A stretch of 64,000 bases of DNA from Carcharhinus longimanus (GCA_030264375.1 JASCQW010000027.1:99001445-99065444); one strand, 5' to 3'. Positions 10,801-23,789 are shown, numbered from the stretch's first letter. Numbers and translations are program-made. The notes: a model not told the origin generated them from the sequence alone.

Positions 10801-13349
10801 TTTCCGATTAACTTAATTGGGAAATTTCTTTACTGTGGTTAGGATGTGTAGCACGATATTACAAGTCCATTAGGGACAGGAGTAGACCATTTAGCTCCTC
10901 AATCCTGTTCTGCTACTCAGAGACCATGAATGATCTATGACCTAACTATATATTCAACTTTTCCCCATAATGTCTTTAGTTCTAGGCTGTGTCTACACAG
11001 GCTAGNNNNNNNNNNNNNNNNNNNNNNNNNNNNNNNNNNNNNNNNNNNNNNNNNNNNNNNNNNNNNNNNNNNNNNNNNNNNNNNNNNNNNNNNNNNNNNN
11101 NNNNNTTCCCCATAATGTCTTTATTTCTAGGCTGTGTCTACACAGGCTAGCTGGACTGAATGGCCTATTCCTATGCTGTATATTCTGTACAAAAGATTTA
11201 TCTTCCCACTTTCCAAAAGCATTAAAAATTGGCCTGTTAATTAGGCCATGCCTTGAGCTCTTGCTTCTGATTTTGTCCCCTCTCTTTTTTACAAAGTACA
11301 TTTGGATACCTTGCTCCAGTTCATTGTGCAGGTTGAGGTGTCACGTCGGTTACTTTCGAAGGATATATGAAGTGCTGATTGAAAATTCACATCAAATCTG
11401 AAATGTTGAAAACGTTTGCAAGGAATCAGAGTTCTTGGTGCTCTGCAAGATTCAATGATAATACCAAACATAACGACAGTCACTTTTTCTGTTATCAAAA
11501 TCCTTTTACTATCCAACATATACTTATGGTCTTCAAAAAAAAAAAAATTTTTTTCTGAAATACAATGGTATTGCTAGCAATCAATTCATAGCATTTCTCA
11601 GGTCCCAGTAGTATGCATGTTCCTTACACCAATTGATCTCAAAACAGATCCTTCCCCAATGCAACCTAGCTTTGCTTTTCCAAAAAGGAAGTGTAACATA
11701 CTCAGAAGCCAGTGGATTAATGATAACCTCAAGTGCAGAGGAGCCAATTTCAGTAACCATGTTGAGTTAATTAACTGCTTGCCCCAGTTTTTTTAAGCAT
11801 TCATTGATTGGGTAACCAAAGTACAAAGCTCTGTAATGTACCAGGCTGTGTTCTCAATACCTTTTACAGCAGCAACGCATGGACAAGTGATTGAACACCT
11901 CCCATCTCAGCTGCAGGGATGTAGACAGCACACACCTGAGCCTTAGGGAGGGGAGATGTGCTGGGTGCACAAGACAGCAGGGGAGGGTGCCCAAGCGGGC
12001 GAGGGGGCCATGTAGCTGGCGAATGTACTGTGACTGTGTGCCTCTTAAATGCTAATAAATACATAGATAGAGGAAGTGTTTACATTTGATTTCTGCACTT
12101 GGAAATTTCTGTATTTGCAAAAAAGGGGCATCAATGTTATGAGAGTGCTTGGGATACCTCGATGCACTTGGAAGGACACTAGAGGTTCTGCACCTCAAAA
12201 AAATCCTGGTTAGGTTTCTTTGATACACAGGACAAAAGCACACAACAACTTTGACCTAATAAAATGTCCTAAAGGACTTCACATCACAACCAAGTCACAT
12301 AAGGAGACACTAGATCAGATGAAAAATTTTAAGCAGAGACTACAAGGAGGAAAGTGAGGTAGAGGCACGGAGACATGTGCAGTGAGGGATCCATGGATGA
12401 ATGATGACACAACAGAACAACTTAAATGGCGGCAAAAGAGAAATTAGGTACATTAACAGTTGAGGAATGCACGCTAAGAAAATGTGAAGAGATTAGGAGA
12501 GAAGACAAAAATCAATTAGGAAGGCAAAGACAATCTATGAAACCAAATTAGCAAGGAACATAAAATAGTAAAATGTTTTACAGTGCATCAGTGAAAAACG
12601 GAAGGCTTTAATGGGAATAGGATAATTAAGTGACAGGCAGAATAATGTAGTACCACAGGTAACGATTTTGGTATTTTGGTATTTATCCAAGGAGATAGAG
12701 CAGGTTGATGAAATTGAACATTGAGATGAGCAGTGAGATAAATGATCTTAAATTTAAAAAAATACATATGAATGAACTAAAACTCAGAATAACGCCTTTA
12801 TTTCTGTCTGTGCAGATGTCAACTGGCTGACCAAACATCTCCAATTTGTTTCTAATTCAGTTTTGAGAATTTACTGTATTTTGTTTTTGTAAATGAATGC
12901 TCAGCTGTAAAGTACAGTCAGAAATCCTGATCGAATTGCAAAGCGCTTTGATCAGCCTGCAACTTGAATACAGCCTCCAATTTTGATTAATGAGAATGGG
13001 AACAGAGCCATAGCATTGGAAGTTTGATTTTGAGGCAAGATTTTAAGAAGCTTCGGCTTTTCAGATTTTCAAAGGAAGTAACTGAACTGTGGCTTATTGG
13101 AAATACGCAATGTAGTAAATCGTATTCTGTTAATGATGTTAAACTATATCTCAAAATAAGATGTGACAACAAGGCAAAGATATACAAGTTACATATTATA
13201 TAGAATATACAATCATAAGAAAATTGTCCATTCAGCCCAAATAGCCCATTCTGACATTTATTTTCTGCTCAAGTCTCTTTCTTTGCTTCCTCATCCAACT
13301 CGATCAGCATGCCCTCAATTCCTTTCTCTCTCTTATTGATTTACTTGAG

Positions 13350-13645
13350 CTGTAAAAATGCCTAATCAGATGATGAGATGCTGCTACTCCAGCTTGCACT
13401 GGGCTTCACTGGAGCATTGCAGCCAGCCAAGGATGAACATGTGGACATGAGATCAAGGTTTTGAGTCAAAATGGCAAACAATAGGTTGAGGGTCATGCTG
13501 AGCAAAGACGTTCTGCAAAGTGGTCACCCAGTGCAATGAGTCACCACAATGTAGAGATTGCATTGGAAGCAGCATGCTGTCGACCAAATTTAAGAATGTG
13601 CAAGTGAAACACTGCTCAACCTGAAAATTGGTGGCCTTGAAAGCT
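13350..13645 (-). mobile_element. Penelope-like element, GIY-YIG endonuclease relic
   Basis: Minus translation FQVEQCFTCTFLNLV...LGDHFAERL...LQCSSEAQCKLExQHLI. Confidence 0.75.
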
Positions 13646-13650
13646 TAGGA

Positions 13651-13723
13651 AAGAACATAAGAACATAAGAAATAGGAGCAGGAGTAGGCCATCTGGCCCT
13701 TCGAGCCTGCCCCGCCATTCAAT
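13651..13723 (-). mobile_element. Young CR1 3' end at a gap
   Basis: aagaacat repeat tail followed by aggagcaggagtaggccat. Confidence 0.85.
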
Positions 13724-15099
13724 NNNNNNNNNNNNNNNNNNNNNNNNNNNNNNNNNNNNNNNNNNNNNNNNNNNNNNNNNNNNNNNNNNNNNNNNNNNNN
13801 NNNNNNNNNNNNNNNNNNNNNNNCCGTGGCAGGGGGTCGCCAGTACCCATTGGCAGGATTGGAAGATCCCAAGAGCAGAAACTGCTGAAAAACCCCACCC
13901 AGTATCTTGGTCCAGTGACAATGAAGGAATGGCAATATAGATCCATGTCAGGATTTGTGGTTTGGAGGGGAATTTGCAGCCAGTAATATTTCTATTCGTT
14001 GGCTGCCCTGATCTTTCTACCTGGGACAGAAAGCAATAATAGCTGAGCCTTGTGCTGAGTCCATATCTCGCCAGCAGAGTTAAAAGGCAGAGATGAACAT
14101 ATTGAGACTAGTGAATTTTGTATACTGCCTGCCTCAATCGGAATGGGCAGAGGCATGTTACAAATCACCCCAATAAACGAAAATCAGAGTAAACAAATTT
14201 CTAGCCTTTTACTTTGTTGACTCAGGCCTCTTGTGCGTCCTCCTTCTTGCCATCCCACCACTGCAAGCCATGTCTTCAGATTCCCAGGTCACAAGCTATG
14301 TAGTTATTGACTGAACTCATCTCTCATTCCCCTCACTTCATGTTGATCTGACAACATAAAATGGATCTCTGACAGATCACTTCTCCTTTTGCCGGCATTC
14401 ACAGAGGAAAAGAAATGAAGTATCTTAGGACATTTTCTGCTATTAAAGATGATTTATAAAGTTGGTGGTATGGTTTCTGCATGTGTTACTGACTTGCTTG
14501 TTAACCTATGTTCAGCATCAGTTTAACACAAAATTGCTCATGCTTGTTGAGGTTGAGGAAAACATTTTTTAATTCCATATTAGTTTGTTTCTTTACTGTT
14601 GAACAACTTATTTGGTAAACAAAAGTTTAACAGTTGGAAAAATTAGCATTGAAAGATTTAAATGATATAAATTGGGAAAGTCCTTGTGCTAATTTAATCT
14701 GATGAATGAAAGGCAATTTTTTCATGATATTTGTATTTGTTTAACTTTCCTATCTTTTTGATCATTGAATTAATGCAGAGTTTATATGTTGACTTGCATT
14801 TAGCTGACATCAGTCAAGTATATTTAATATTATTAAAATATGACTCAGTACAGTTAAAATCTCTTTTCTCGCTACGGATTCCATTCTTCTCTATGTTTAC
14901 AATCCTAAACTAAGCCAGGCTGTTGACTATGTTTGTTTCTATGTGGATAATAATAACTTGTAAGGAGAGAAGAATTTCCCAGACAACCAACAGTACTCAA
15001 CCAGAAGAGGCAAAATTTCATTTTTTAAGACTTTTACAGTAACAGACTAAGCTTTAGCAGGTCAAATATTAATTAACAAGTTACTGATAGACCAAATGA

Positions 15100-16115
15100 A
15101 AGAAAAAAAGTTTAAGTGCCCATGGTGTTAAGGGTAAGATCCTGGCATGGTCACAGGATTGGCTGACTGGCAGAAAGCAGAGAGTGGGGATGAAGAAGAC
15201 TTTTTCAGGATGGTAGCCAGTGACTAGTGGTGTGCCTCTGGAATCACAACTTTTCACAATATACATTAACGATTTGGAGGAAGGAACTGAAGCCACTGTT
15301 GCTAAGTTTGCAGATGATACAAAGATATGTAGAGGGACAAGTAGTATTGAGGAAGCAGGGGGAACTGCAGAAGGACTTGGACACATTTAGAGAGTGGGTA
15401 AAGAAATGGCAGATGGATTACAATGTGGAAAACTGTGAGGTTATGCACTTTGGAAGGAGGAATAGAGGCATAGACTATTTTCTAAGTGGGAAAATGCTTA
15501 GGAAATCAGAAACACAAAGGGACTTAGGAGTCATTGTTCAAGATTCCCTTAAGGTTAAAGTGCAGGTTCAGTCGGCAGTTAGGAGGGCAAGTGTAATTTT
15601 AGCATTCCCGTTGAGAGGGCTAGAACACAGGAGCAGGGATGTACTTCTGAGGCTGCATAAGGCTATAGTCAGACCCCATTTGGAGTATTGTGAGCAGTTT
15701 TGGACCCCATACCTAAGAAAGGACGTACTGGCCTTGGAAAGGGTCCAGAGGAGGTTCACAAGAATGATCCCTGGAATGAAGAGCTTATCATATGAGGAAC
15801 GGTTGAGGACTCTGAGTCTGTACTTGTTGGGGTTAAGAAAGATGAAGGGGGATCCTATTGAAACTTACAGGATACTGCAAGGCTGGGATTGAATGGATGT
15901 AGAGAGGGTGTTTCCACTAGGAGGAAAAAGCTCGAACCTGAGGGCACAATCTCAGGCTAAAGGGATGATCCTTTAAAACAGAGATGAGGAGAAATTTCTT
16001 CAGCCAGAAAGCGTCAAATCTGTGGAACTCTGCCACAGAAGGCTGTGGAGGCCAGGTCATTGTGTGTCTTTAAGACAGAGATAGATAACTTCTAGATTAA
16101 TAAGAGGATCCAGGG
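15100..16115 (+). mobile_element. CR1 LINE ORF2 3' fragment
   Basis: KFADDTK, LQKDLD, CEVMHFG, VRPHLEYCEQFW, LERVQRRFTRMIPG (ORF 15227-15892). Confidence 0.95.
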
Positions 16116-16139
16116 TTACAAAACAAAGAACAAAACAGC

Positions 16140-16745
16140 AAGGGAAAACAACCCCAATTTGCTCAATCTTTCCTCAGAACCCAGTCCTTCCATACCAGGC
16201 AGCATATGGGTAAACATCCTCTGCACTCTCTCCAGAGTCTCCACGTCTTTCCGGTAGTAAGGCGACCAGAACTGGACGCAGTACTCCAAATGCGGCCTAA
16301 CCAACGTTCTATACAACTGCAACATTAGACTCCAGCTCTTGTACTCTATACCCCTTCCTATAAAGGCTAACATACCATAAGCTTTCTTCACAACCTTCTC
16401 CACCTGTACTGCCACCTTCAAAGACTTGTGCACTTGCACCCCCAGGTCCCTCTGCGTTTCTATACTCTTAATAGGTCTACCCTTTATCATATAACTCCCC
16501 CCTACATTATTTCTCCCAAAATGCATCACCTCACATTTATCAGGATTAAATTCCATCTGCCATTTATCTGCCCAATATACCAGCCTATCTATATCCTGTT
16601 GTATTGCCTGACACTGCTCCTCACTGTCTGCCAGTCCAGCCATCTTAGTGTCATCTGCAAACTTGCTGATCACACCACGTACTCCCTCTTCCAAGTCATT
16701 TATGTATATTACAAATAGAAGAGGTCCCAGTACTGAGCCCTGCGG
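16140..16745 (-). mobile_element. CR1 LINE RT fragment
   Basis: 192-aa ORF with SKFADDTK, KCEVMHFG, LVRPHLEYCVQFWSP. Confidence 0.95.
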
Positions 16746-16747
16746 AT

Positions 16748-16930
16748 CAGGGTCTCATGGAGGGAGTGGTCCCTGCAGAATGCTGACAGGAGAGAGCAAG
16801 AAGATATGTTTCATCATGGCATTATGTTGGAGATAATGTAATGGTAGAGAATGATCTTTAAATGTGGAGGCTGGTGGAGTGGAAAGTGCAAGTAAGTGGA
16901 CCCTATCATAGTTCTGGGAGGGAGAAGGAG
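16748..16930 (-). mobile_element. Penelope-like element fragment
   Basis: Minus strand HSTSLHI...QHNAMMKHIF...LSAFCRDHSLHETL resembles the region preceding the PLE GIY-YIG domain. Confidence 0.6.
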
Positions 16931-17164
16931 GACACAGAATCTATCTACTGGACTTCAAAATATTCAATGACCCTGCTTCTATCACCTTCGAAGACAGAGT
17001 GCTTCAAAATCACACAACCTTCTGGGCATCTGGACAAATACATGAATAGGATGGGAATAGACGGACATAGTCCCCGGAAGGGTAGGGGGATTTAGTGCGC
17101 ATAGTTGGTGCAGGCTTGGTGGGCCGAAGGGCTTGTTCCCGTGCTGTAATTTTCTTCAGAGGAA

Positions 17165-18240
17165 AAAAATTCTCATTTCTGTTCCATAATTAAAACAGTG
17201 CCCCTAGTTCTGGACTCACCCACAACAGGAAACATCCATTCCACATTCACCTTGTTAAGACCATTCAGGATCTTGTATACTTCAATCAAGTTGCCCTTCA
17301 TTCTTCGAAACACCAGTGGAAATAAGCCCAGTCTGTCTAACCTATCGTCATAAGACATCCCGCCGATCCCAGGTACCAGTCTAGTAACCCTCTTCTGAAC
17401 CGCCCCCAACACATTTACAGCCTTCCTTAAATAAGGCCAAATCTGCACACGCTATTCAAAATGTGGTCTCACCAATGCCCTTCATACCTGATTCCTAACA
17501 CTCTTACTTCTATGTTCAATTTCTCAGAATAAACGATAGAATTCCATTAGCCTTCTTGATTATGTGCTGTACCTGCATATTAACTTTGTGGCTCATGCAC
17601 TACAACACCTAGATCCCTCTGCACTTCCAAATGTGGGTGGCATGTTGGTTAGCACTGCTGCCTCATTGCAGCAGGGACCCAGATTCGATTCCAGGCTTGG
17701 TCACTGTCTGTACAGAGTTTTATCTTCTCCCTGTGTCTGGGTTTCCTCTGGGTGCTTGGATTTCCTTCCACAGTCCAAAAGACTTACTGGTTCGGTGTAT
17801 TTGCCATGCTAAATTCTCCCTCAGTATACCTGAACAGTGTGGCGACTCACGAGATTTTCACAATAACTACATGCAGTATTAATGGAAGCCTACATGTGAC
17901 ACTAATAAACTTAAATTCTGCAGTTGTTCTCCATTTAAGTAACACCCAGCTTTTTCTTCCTGCCAAAGTAAACAGTTTCACATTTTCTCACATTATAAAC
18001 CATCTCTCAAGTTTTTGACCACTCAATCAACCTATCTGTATCAGTTTACAAACTCATATATCTTCTTCACAACATAATTTCCAACCTATCTTTTGTGTTG
18101 CCTGCAAATTTAGCTACCATGCGTTCACTCCCCTCATCTAAGTCATTGATGTAATTTGTAAAAGGTTGAGAGCCTGGCACGGACCCCTGTGCAATTCGAT
18201 TTGTCATATCCCGCCAAGCGAAGATCCATTTATGCATTCT
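17165..18240 (-). mobile_element. CR1 LINE fragment interrupted by a SINE
   Basis: QIWPYLRKAVNVLGAVQKRVTRLVPG...; the RT side resumes after 17915. Confidence 0.85.
17635..17910 (+). mobile_element. V-SINE with alternative (type B) tail
   Basis: SINE head and core, then gattttcaca...aagcctacatgtgacactaataaa. Confidence 0.88.
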
Positions 18241-18829
18241 CTAACCATTGGAGCAAAATAGATAGCCTCAAGGATTGTGATCCAAGGCTTTATAGCAATG
18301 GAATAGTATGAACTCATAGTTGTTTCCAATGCTGCTTTAGTCTTCAGGAGTGGGATCCATTTATTTTCCCACATGGGAAAATGCCTAATTTGACAACAGG
18401 CTATTGTTAAACTTTCAGAGGCAAACTTACTCGTACAGCATGGAACTCAGTATGTAAAATCTTGAAGTCATGAGGTCAAAGAGGAGTAGGATTCAAGGCA
18501 ATCTATAGATCCACTGTAAAATCTCAGACTGTTTGATTGCCTGACTTTGCTACGTAATTTGGGTGATAAAGAGAAAAAATATTTTTCTTACTTTGCAGCT
18601 AGATGGCAACATTTTCCAATTATTTAAAAGAACAATGTGTATTACTTTCAGAGATTTAAAAATCTACTGCTTGACTACATATTTATAACCAGATAATGAA
18701 GCAAATTAGATAATTGAGATTCCAGATGTAACTAATTTTATCTATAAATTGAATGAGACATAGAAGCATAAATACTTGTTCAGTCTAGTTAATAGCAAAG
18801 ATAAAGAACCCAAACAGATGGCTATATTA

Positions 18830-20701
18830 TACTTTAATCATTTAAAATTTATTTAAGCAACATGTACACAAATTATAATGCTTAAAAATGCTGTAAAAGA
18901 AAACATTAAAACCAATACGCATGCAAGGATATGGTACTGTGATAAATGTTGTAAACATACAGTCTATTAAAACAAATGTGCTTTTAAAAATTGATCAGAA
19001 TAAACCGACCTGCAATAAAGGTGATCTTTATTTCATTACTTATAAGAAACTATGATTAATCACATTGGCATTGCACCATTTGAATTGTCCTGAAAATGTG
19101 TAAAAACATTGATAATACTTTCCATTAGCTCACTGTTGTGCTCTTGGGGAAAGAAATTCAGGATATGTAATCATGCCAGTGATAACACCTAAAATTATTA
19201 TAAATATTTGTCTGAATTGTGTTTGAGGTAAGTAAAATTAAGAGTGGGTGTAACTATTCAGTTTTCATAAGCACTATTCCAACAGCTGGTGCACTCAAAT
19301 AGTACACTTAGGAATTATAAACTTTGAGCAAGATTAAAAACTTTGGATTTGTACACTTGGATTGGGCTTTATTATACATACTGTATGTAGAAAAACAAAA
19401 CCATTTAAGAAATCACAAGGGAAGATTTAATCTAGCTGTCTTGACCCACTAGAGGGAGTATTGTCTTTTCCATAAGCAAATCTGGTTGCAAGTTATAACT
19501 GTGATGCATTTCTAATATGCCTGTATTAAGACTGTCATTCGTACCATTGCTGAGAATGAACCAACCAGTCAGCAACAGGCAAAAGGCACATGCTTTCTGT
19601 AAATACAGTAAACGGCACATAAAGGCATCACAAAGTTAAGAAAACAGTTCACAATCACGAAGCAACTCAATGACTAAACAGACAAGCAGTAGATTCTTAA
19701 TCATTTATCCACACAAAGGTCAACACGTACTGTAACCCACTTCATTTCCCAGTGCTTTAACTTCATTGTTTTGTTTGTCAGATGATGATACTCAAGGTGA
19801 TGTATGAATACAACTGATGACAACAAATGGTTTCAGTCCAACAACTTGACCATTTATGTACACTTAGTACGTACACACCATCTGAAATGACGCAGTAATT
19901 AAATATTTTTAAAAAATCACTGTTAGTTCACAAAACTAAGCAATCAGCAACTAAAATTTAGCATTTTACCCATCTTTCACAGCCACACTTATAATTGCAT
20001 TGTTCTTCTGCACCCCCCTCCCCCCAGACAGGTAAACCATGCTTTAAAGCAATTTCATTGTACTGGAAATATTTTTGGAAGTTTGATTGTAAGTGATACT
20101 ACACTTAGCTAGAGCAATGTAAAAGGACCACGAACCACTGATGTGCCCTCTTTCACCATGCACAGAACCAAATGCTATAAGATGATTCTAACAACACCCT
20201 AATTCAGAACAAAATACAATGATGCCTTCTCAAAATAATTAAAAATCTTTTCATGTAACAAACAACATTAAGTAGCAGACTCCATGTAAACAAGTACTGC
20301 AACACATCAGTTTTTGTTCCTTAAAACAGTACAGCTTGTAGCTACATGTAGCATCAAATCAAGCACTTTTTCAATTCTCAATAGGATTTAACCCCACACC
20401 ATTTGAATTCTTTAAACAGCCTACAATAATTTGTTCTTCAACTGCACAGAAATACATCAGGGCTCTAAAACTACATTGAGCAGGTAAACTATTGCCACTG
20501 AAGTACAGCCATACTAAACAGGTACATTACTGGAATATGTTCATTTCAGTCATTAAGGCAAATGTTTTTCATTAGAATATAAAATTTCTTGAACTGCAAT
20601 TTTGAAACCCCATTTTGCAGGTAACTTCCAAAAAAATGCTATACAAGCAATTACATTAGGATTATTCTAAATAATTAGAACTTGCATCAAAGAATGGAGT
20701 T
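18830..20701 (-). other. AGPAT5: Probable AGPAT5 3' UTR with polyadenylation signals
   Basis: Repeat-free AT-rich tract after the stop; minus-strand AATAAA at 19027-19032 and 18848-18853, ATTAAA at ~18833-18838; end point inferred. Confidence 0.6.
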
Positions 20702-20927
20702 CTAGGGTCTAACATTAACCCATAACCAGCCCACTAATGTTCCGTAAATCCATGTCTTCATATAAATCTTCCTTCCAGATTCTGTCAGCAGCATGGGGAC
20801 TGTCAGACCACCAAGGAAGAGCAAGGATGGAAGAGTCCTCATAAGGCTCAACTGTGATCTGCAGCCCTCTCCAGGAAATTTGTATCGTTTCTGCTCATCT
20901 TCTGCCTCATAAAATTCTGTTAGCAAT
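20702..20927 (-). CDS. AGPAT5: 1-acylglycerol-3-phosphate O-acyltransferase 5, last coding exon
   Basis: LLTEFYEAEDEQKRYKFPGEGCRSQLSLMRTLPSLLFLGGLTVPMLLTESGRKIYMKTWIYGTLVGWLWVNVRP* matches the AGPAT5 C-terminus; CAG acceptor at 20928-20930; 226 coding nt; phase agrees with the previous exon. Confidence 0.97.
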
Positions 20928-21619
20928 CTGTCAAACAGGGGTGGAAAACAACAACAATTGGAACTTCAGGTCATGCAAATATGAAAGCAATTAAATCAGG
21001 CTTAAAATGTCCCAACAGCTTTATTTCACATTTCTTAAAATTAGAAACTGAAATTCAGCAACTGTTGTAATGAAAAAAGTATTACTTGCAAAATATGCTC
21101 AAAATGTCACATGATAGCTTTCATACTTCACTCCCATTATAAATTCCTAATATCTGAAACTGTTAAAATAGTAACCTAGATCAAACCTGAGTGCAAAATT
21201 AATCTATCACAGTTAGGAACTAGGACAGTGCTCACTTATAAACTTTGATTTTTCTGGAAAACAAATCTCTATTATTGTAAAAGCAATTTGAAAAAGTAAA
21301 TGACGATAAAATTTAAACATACTGACTTCCCACCTACTTTGGTGTAGTTGCACCATTAAGAATTACAGAATGTTGTTTAGCCTTCAATGTCACATATACT
21401 GCAAAAAGAGAAAACATATAGCAAGTGTGTGTAAAGAGGACTTCTATATTTCAGTACACTGGAGGAGATCCTGTCTACTTGAAGGGAGCCTAAGGTCCAA
21501 TNNNNNNNNNNNNNNNNNNNNNNNNNNNNNNNNNNNNNNNNNNNNNNNNNNNNNNNNNNNNNNNNNNNNNNNNNNNNNNNNNNNNNNNNNNNNNNNNNNN
21601 NTCCAATGCCCCATCAAGG

Positions 21620-21965
21620 ACAGAAATAAATATCTTACATGGCTCAACACAGTAGCTGCCGGAAGGATGCTTCCCCTGGCTAGTGTGTCTAGAAAGAAGG
21701 GCGACAGACTCAAAATAGGAGGCCCTTTAGTACTGTGATGAGAAGGAATTTCTTTAATCAGAGAGTGTATCTTTGAATCCCAGTGTAGTGTGGAGGCTCA
21801 GCCATGGAGTATATTCAAGACAGACATTAATAGATTTCTGGATATGAAAGATATCAAGGGTTATGGAGATAGTGCAGGAAAATAGCATTAAAGTAGAAAA
21901 TCAGCTATGGATGTAATTGAATAGTGGAGCAGGCTTGAGGGGCTGAATGGCCTCCTCCTATGTCC
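21620..21965 (+). mobile_element. CR1 LINE 3' end
   Basis: gatgagaaggaatttcttt...gggctgaatggcctcctcct. Confidence 0.8.
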
Positions 21966-22707
21966 CTAAATGTAATTTTACTTTCAGGGAGCAGAAACGT
22001 GATGCAAGTCTTCAGCAAAATCTGTAAATGATTAATGATTGGTAGGGATGGATAAGTTGGTGCAACAACTTTTGAAGATATTCCTGTAAGCAATTACATT
22101 CAGGCAAAACCCCGACATTTCAATCTAAGTACAAACAGAACAAGTGGATCAACCGCTTATGTAAACTGGCCAAGTCTTGCCAGCAATGACCTTTCCACCA
22201 TCCGTGTGGAAAGAAGTTTATTTTGTTTGAAGTGAATCATACATTACATGTGCATTAAAATGTGCAACAGTGTGTGGTGGTATTAAATAGAGCAGGGAAT
22301 ACTTCTGTTCATCCTCCTAATATTTACTTACAAAGTAAATAATTATAGCACATGCAGTCAAAGCAGCAATCAGATTTTTTTTCCTCCCTAAATTGTTGGG
22401 AGTTTCCTTTTAACAGAAGAGCTATTATTGGTGCCTATTCTGAGTTTTCACTTGAAGAAGGATGATGCATAAAATGACCCAAAATAGTGTTAAAGCTAAA
22501 CAAATGCTTAAACTTCCAAAAAGAAAGCTACTCTGAAAATAAACTAGTACCCCATGTGGATGCCATGGAAATCTGANNNNNNNNNNNNNNNNNNNNNNNN
22601 NNTACAGCATGGAACAGGTCATTCAGCCCAACTAGTCTATGCTGGTGTTTACATTCCAAAGAAATTCTTCTCAACCCTCTTCATGTAACTCCAACAACAT
22701 ACAATCT

Positions 22708-22830
22708 GAGCTCTGATGAGACTGGAAACACTAGCTCTCTTCTCACTCCAAAGATGCTGACAGACCTGCTGTGATTTTCCAGCATTTTCCGTTTTTGTTT
22801 CAGATTCCAGCATCTGCAGTAATTTCCTTC
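22708..22830 (+). mobile_element. Penelope-type terminal repeat with decayed hammerhead motif
   Basis: GAGCT-CTGATGA-gactg-GAAAC-act-AGCTC followed by gatgctgacagacctgctgtgattttccagcatttt. Confidence 0.65.
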
Positions 22831-23789
22831 AATATACATTGAATTGGTAATTTTTTCTTTCTCATTGTGCTTATTGAGCTTGCGATTAAATGTGGCAGTG
22901 CTTATTATGTTGCTCTGGGTTACAGTACATCTGCATTTTAGATAGAATTGAAACAGCACAATTCAATTGAAAAATGTTCATTTTATCGTGAAGATTAAGT
23001 ATGCCCATTAAAATTTGAGAACTGATGATGATCATTTTGGCCACAACAGTATTATTCACTTCATGAGATTAAAATCATATAAAGATGTTTGGCAGGTATT
23101 TGGAAATAAATTTTGCAGGAAACTTGGTCTGATTAGACCATTGTCAATATCTGCAGATTGGATAAATAAATGTCAGAACTGCTTACGGATATCAGTGTTG
23201 GCCTGCAATTCACCCTACCCAGGTAATGGTCTCTATCTTTTGATTCATTTTGTATGACAAATTCAAAATATTACCTTGTTCAAAGTTATTCTATTCGCAT
23301 GGAATGATTAAATCTGACTTTTCCTTAAAATACACAATTTCAAATCTGGAGCCCAAAAAGGCTTTCAAGTACTAAGATGGATGGATCTACAATACAAGCA
23401 ACCTGAATGTAAACAAAACAGGGTGGAGAAAGCATAGTAGAGAATAAAGTAAGGGAGGACATTGATGGAAAGGGAATACAAAGTGGAAGAGTTTCATGAG
23501 AAAGATTAAATGTAAAGCAAGAAAAAAATTAAGAGTCAAAATGCCCATATGACATGGTACGTCCATAACGAAGGAGGGGAGTTAGAGGCTTGAAATAGAC
23601 TCATGAATGAGGTTGAAGAACGTGGAGTCAGGGACAAGTGCATTTAAATTTCCTCTGTCACATGTTCAACCAGACTACCAGCCTTTCAATGCCCAAGAAA
23701 TGCCTATCTCTAACCAATTCACAATATTTACATGTTTTGTGTCACTGACAAATTTTGAAATTATGTACTGCACACCAAAGTCCAGGTCA

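Noticed and set aside
10961-11150. 45-bp direct repeat (1 mismatch) flanking a 100-N gap
   Set aside because: Probably overlapping contig ends from two haplotypes.
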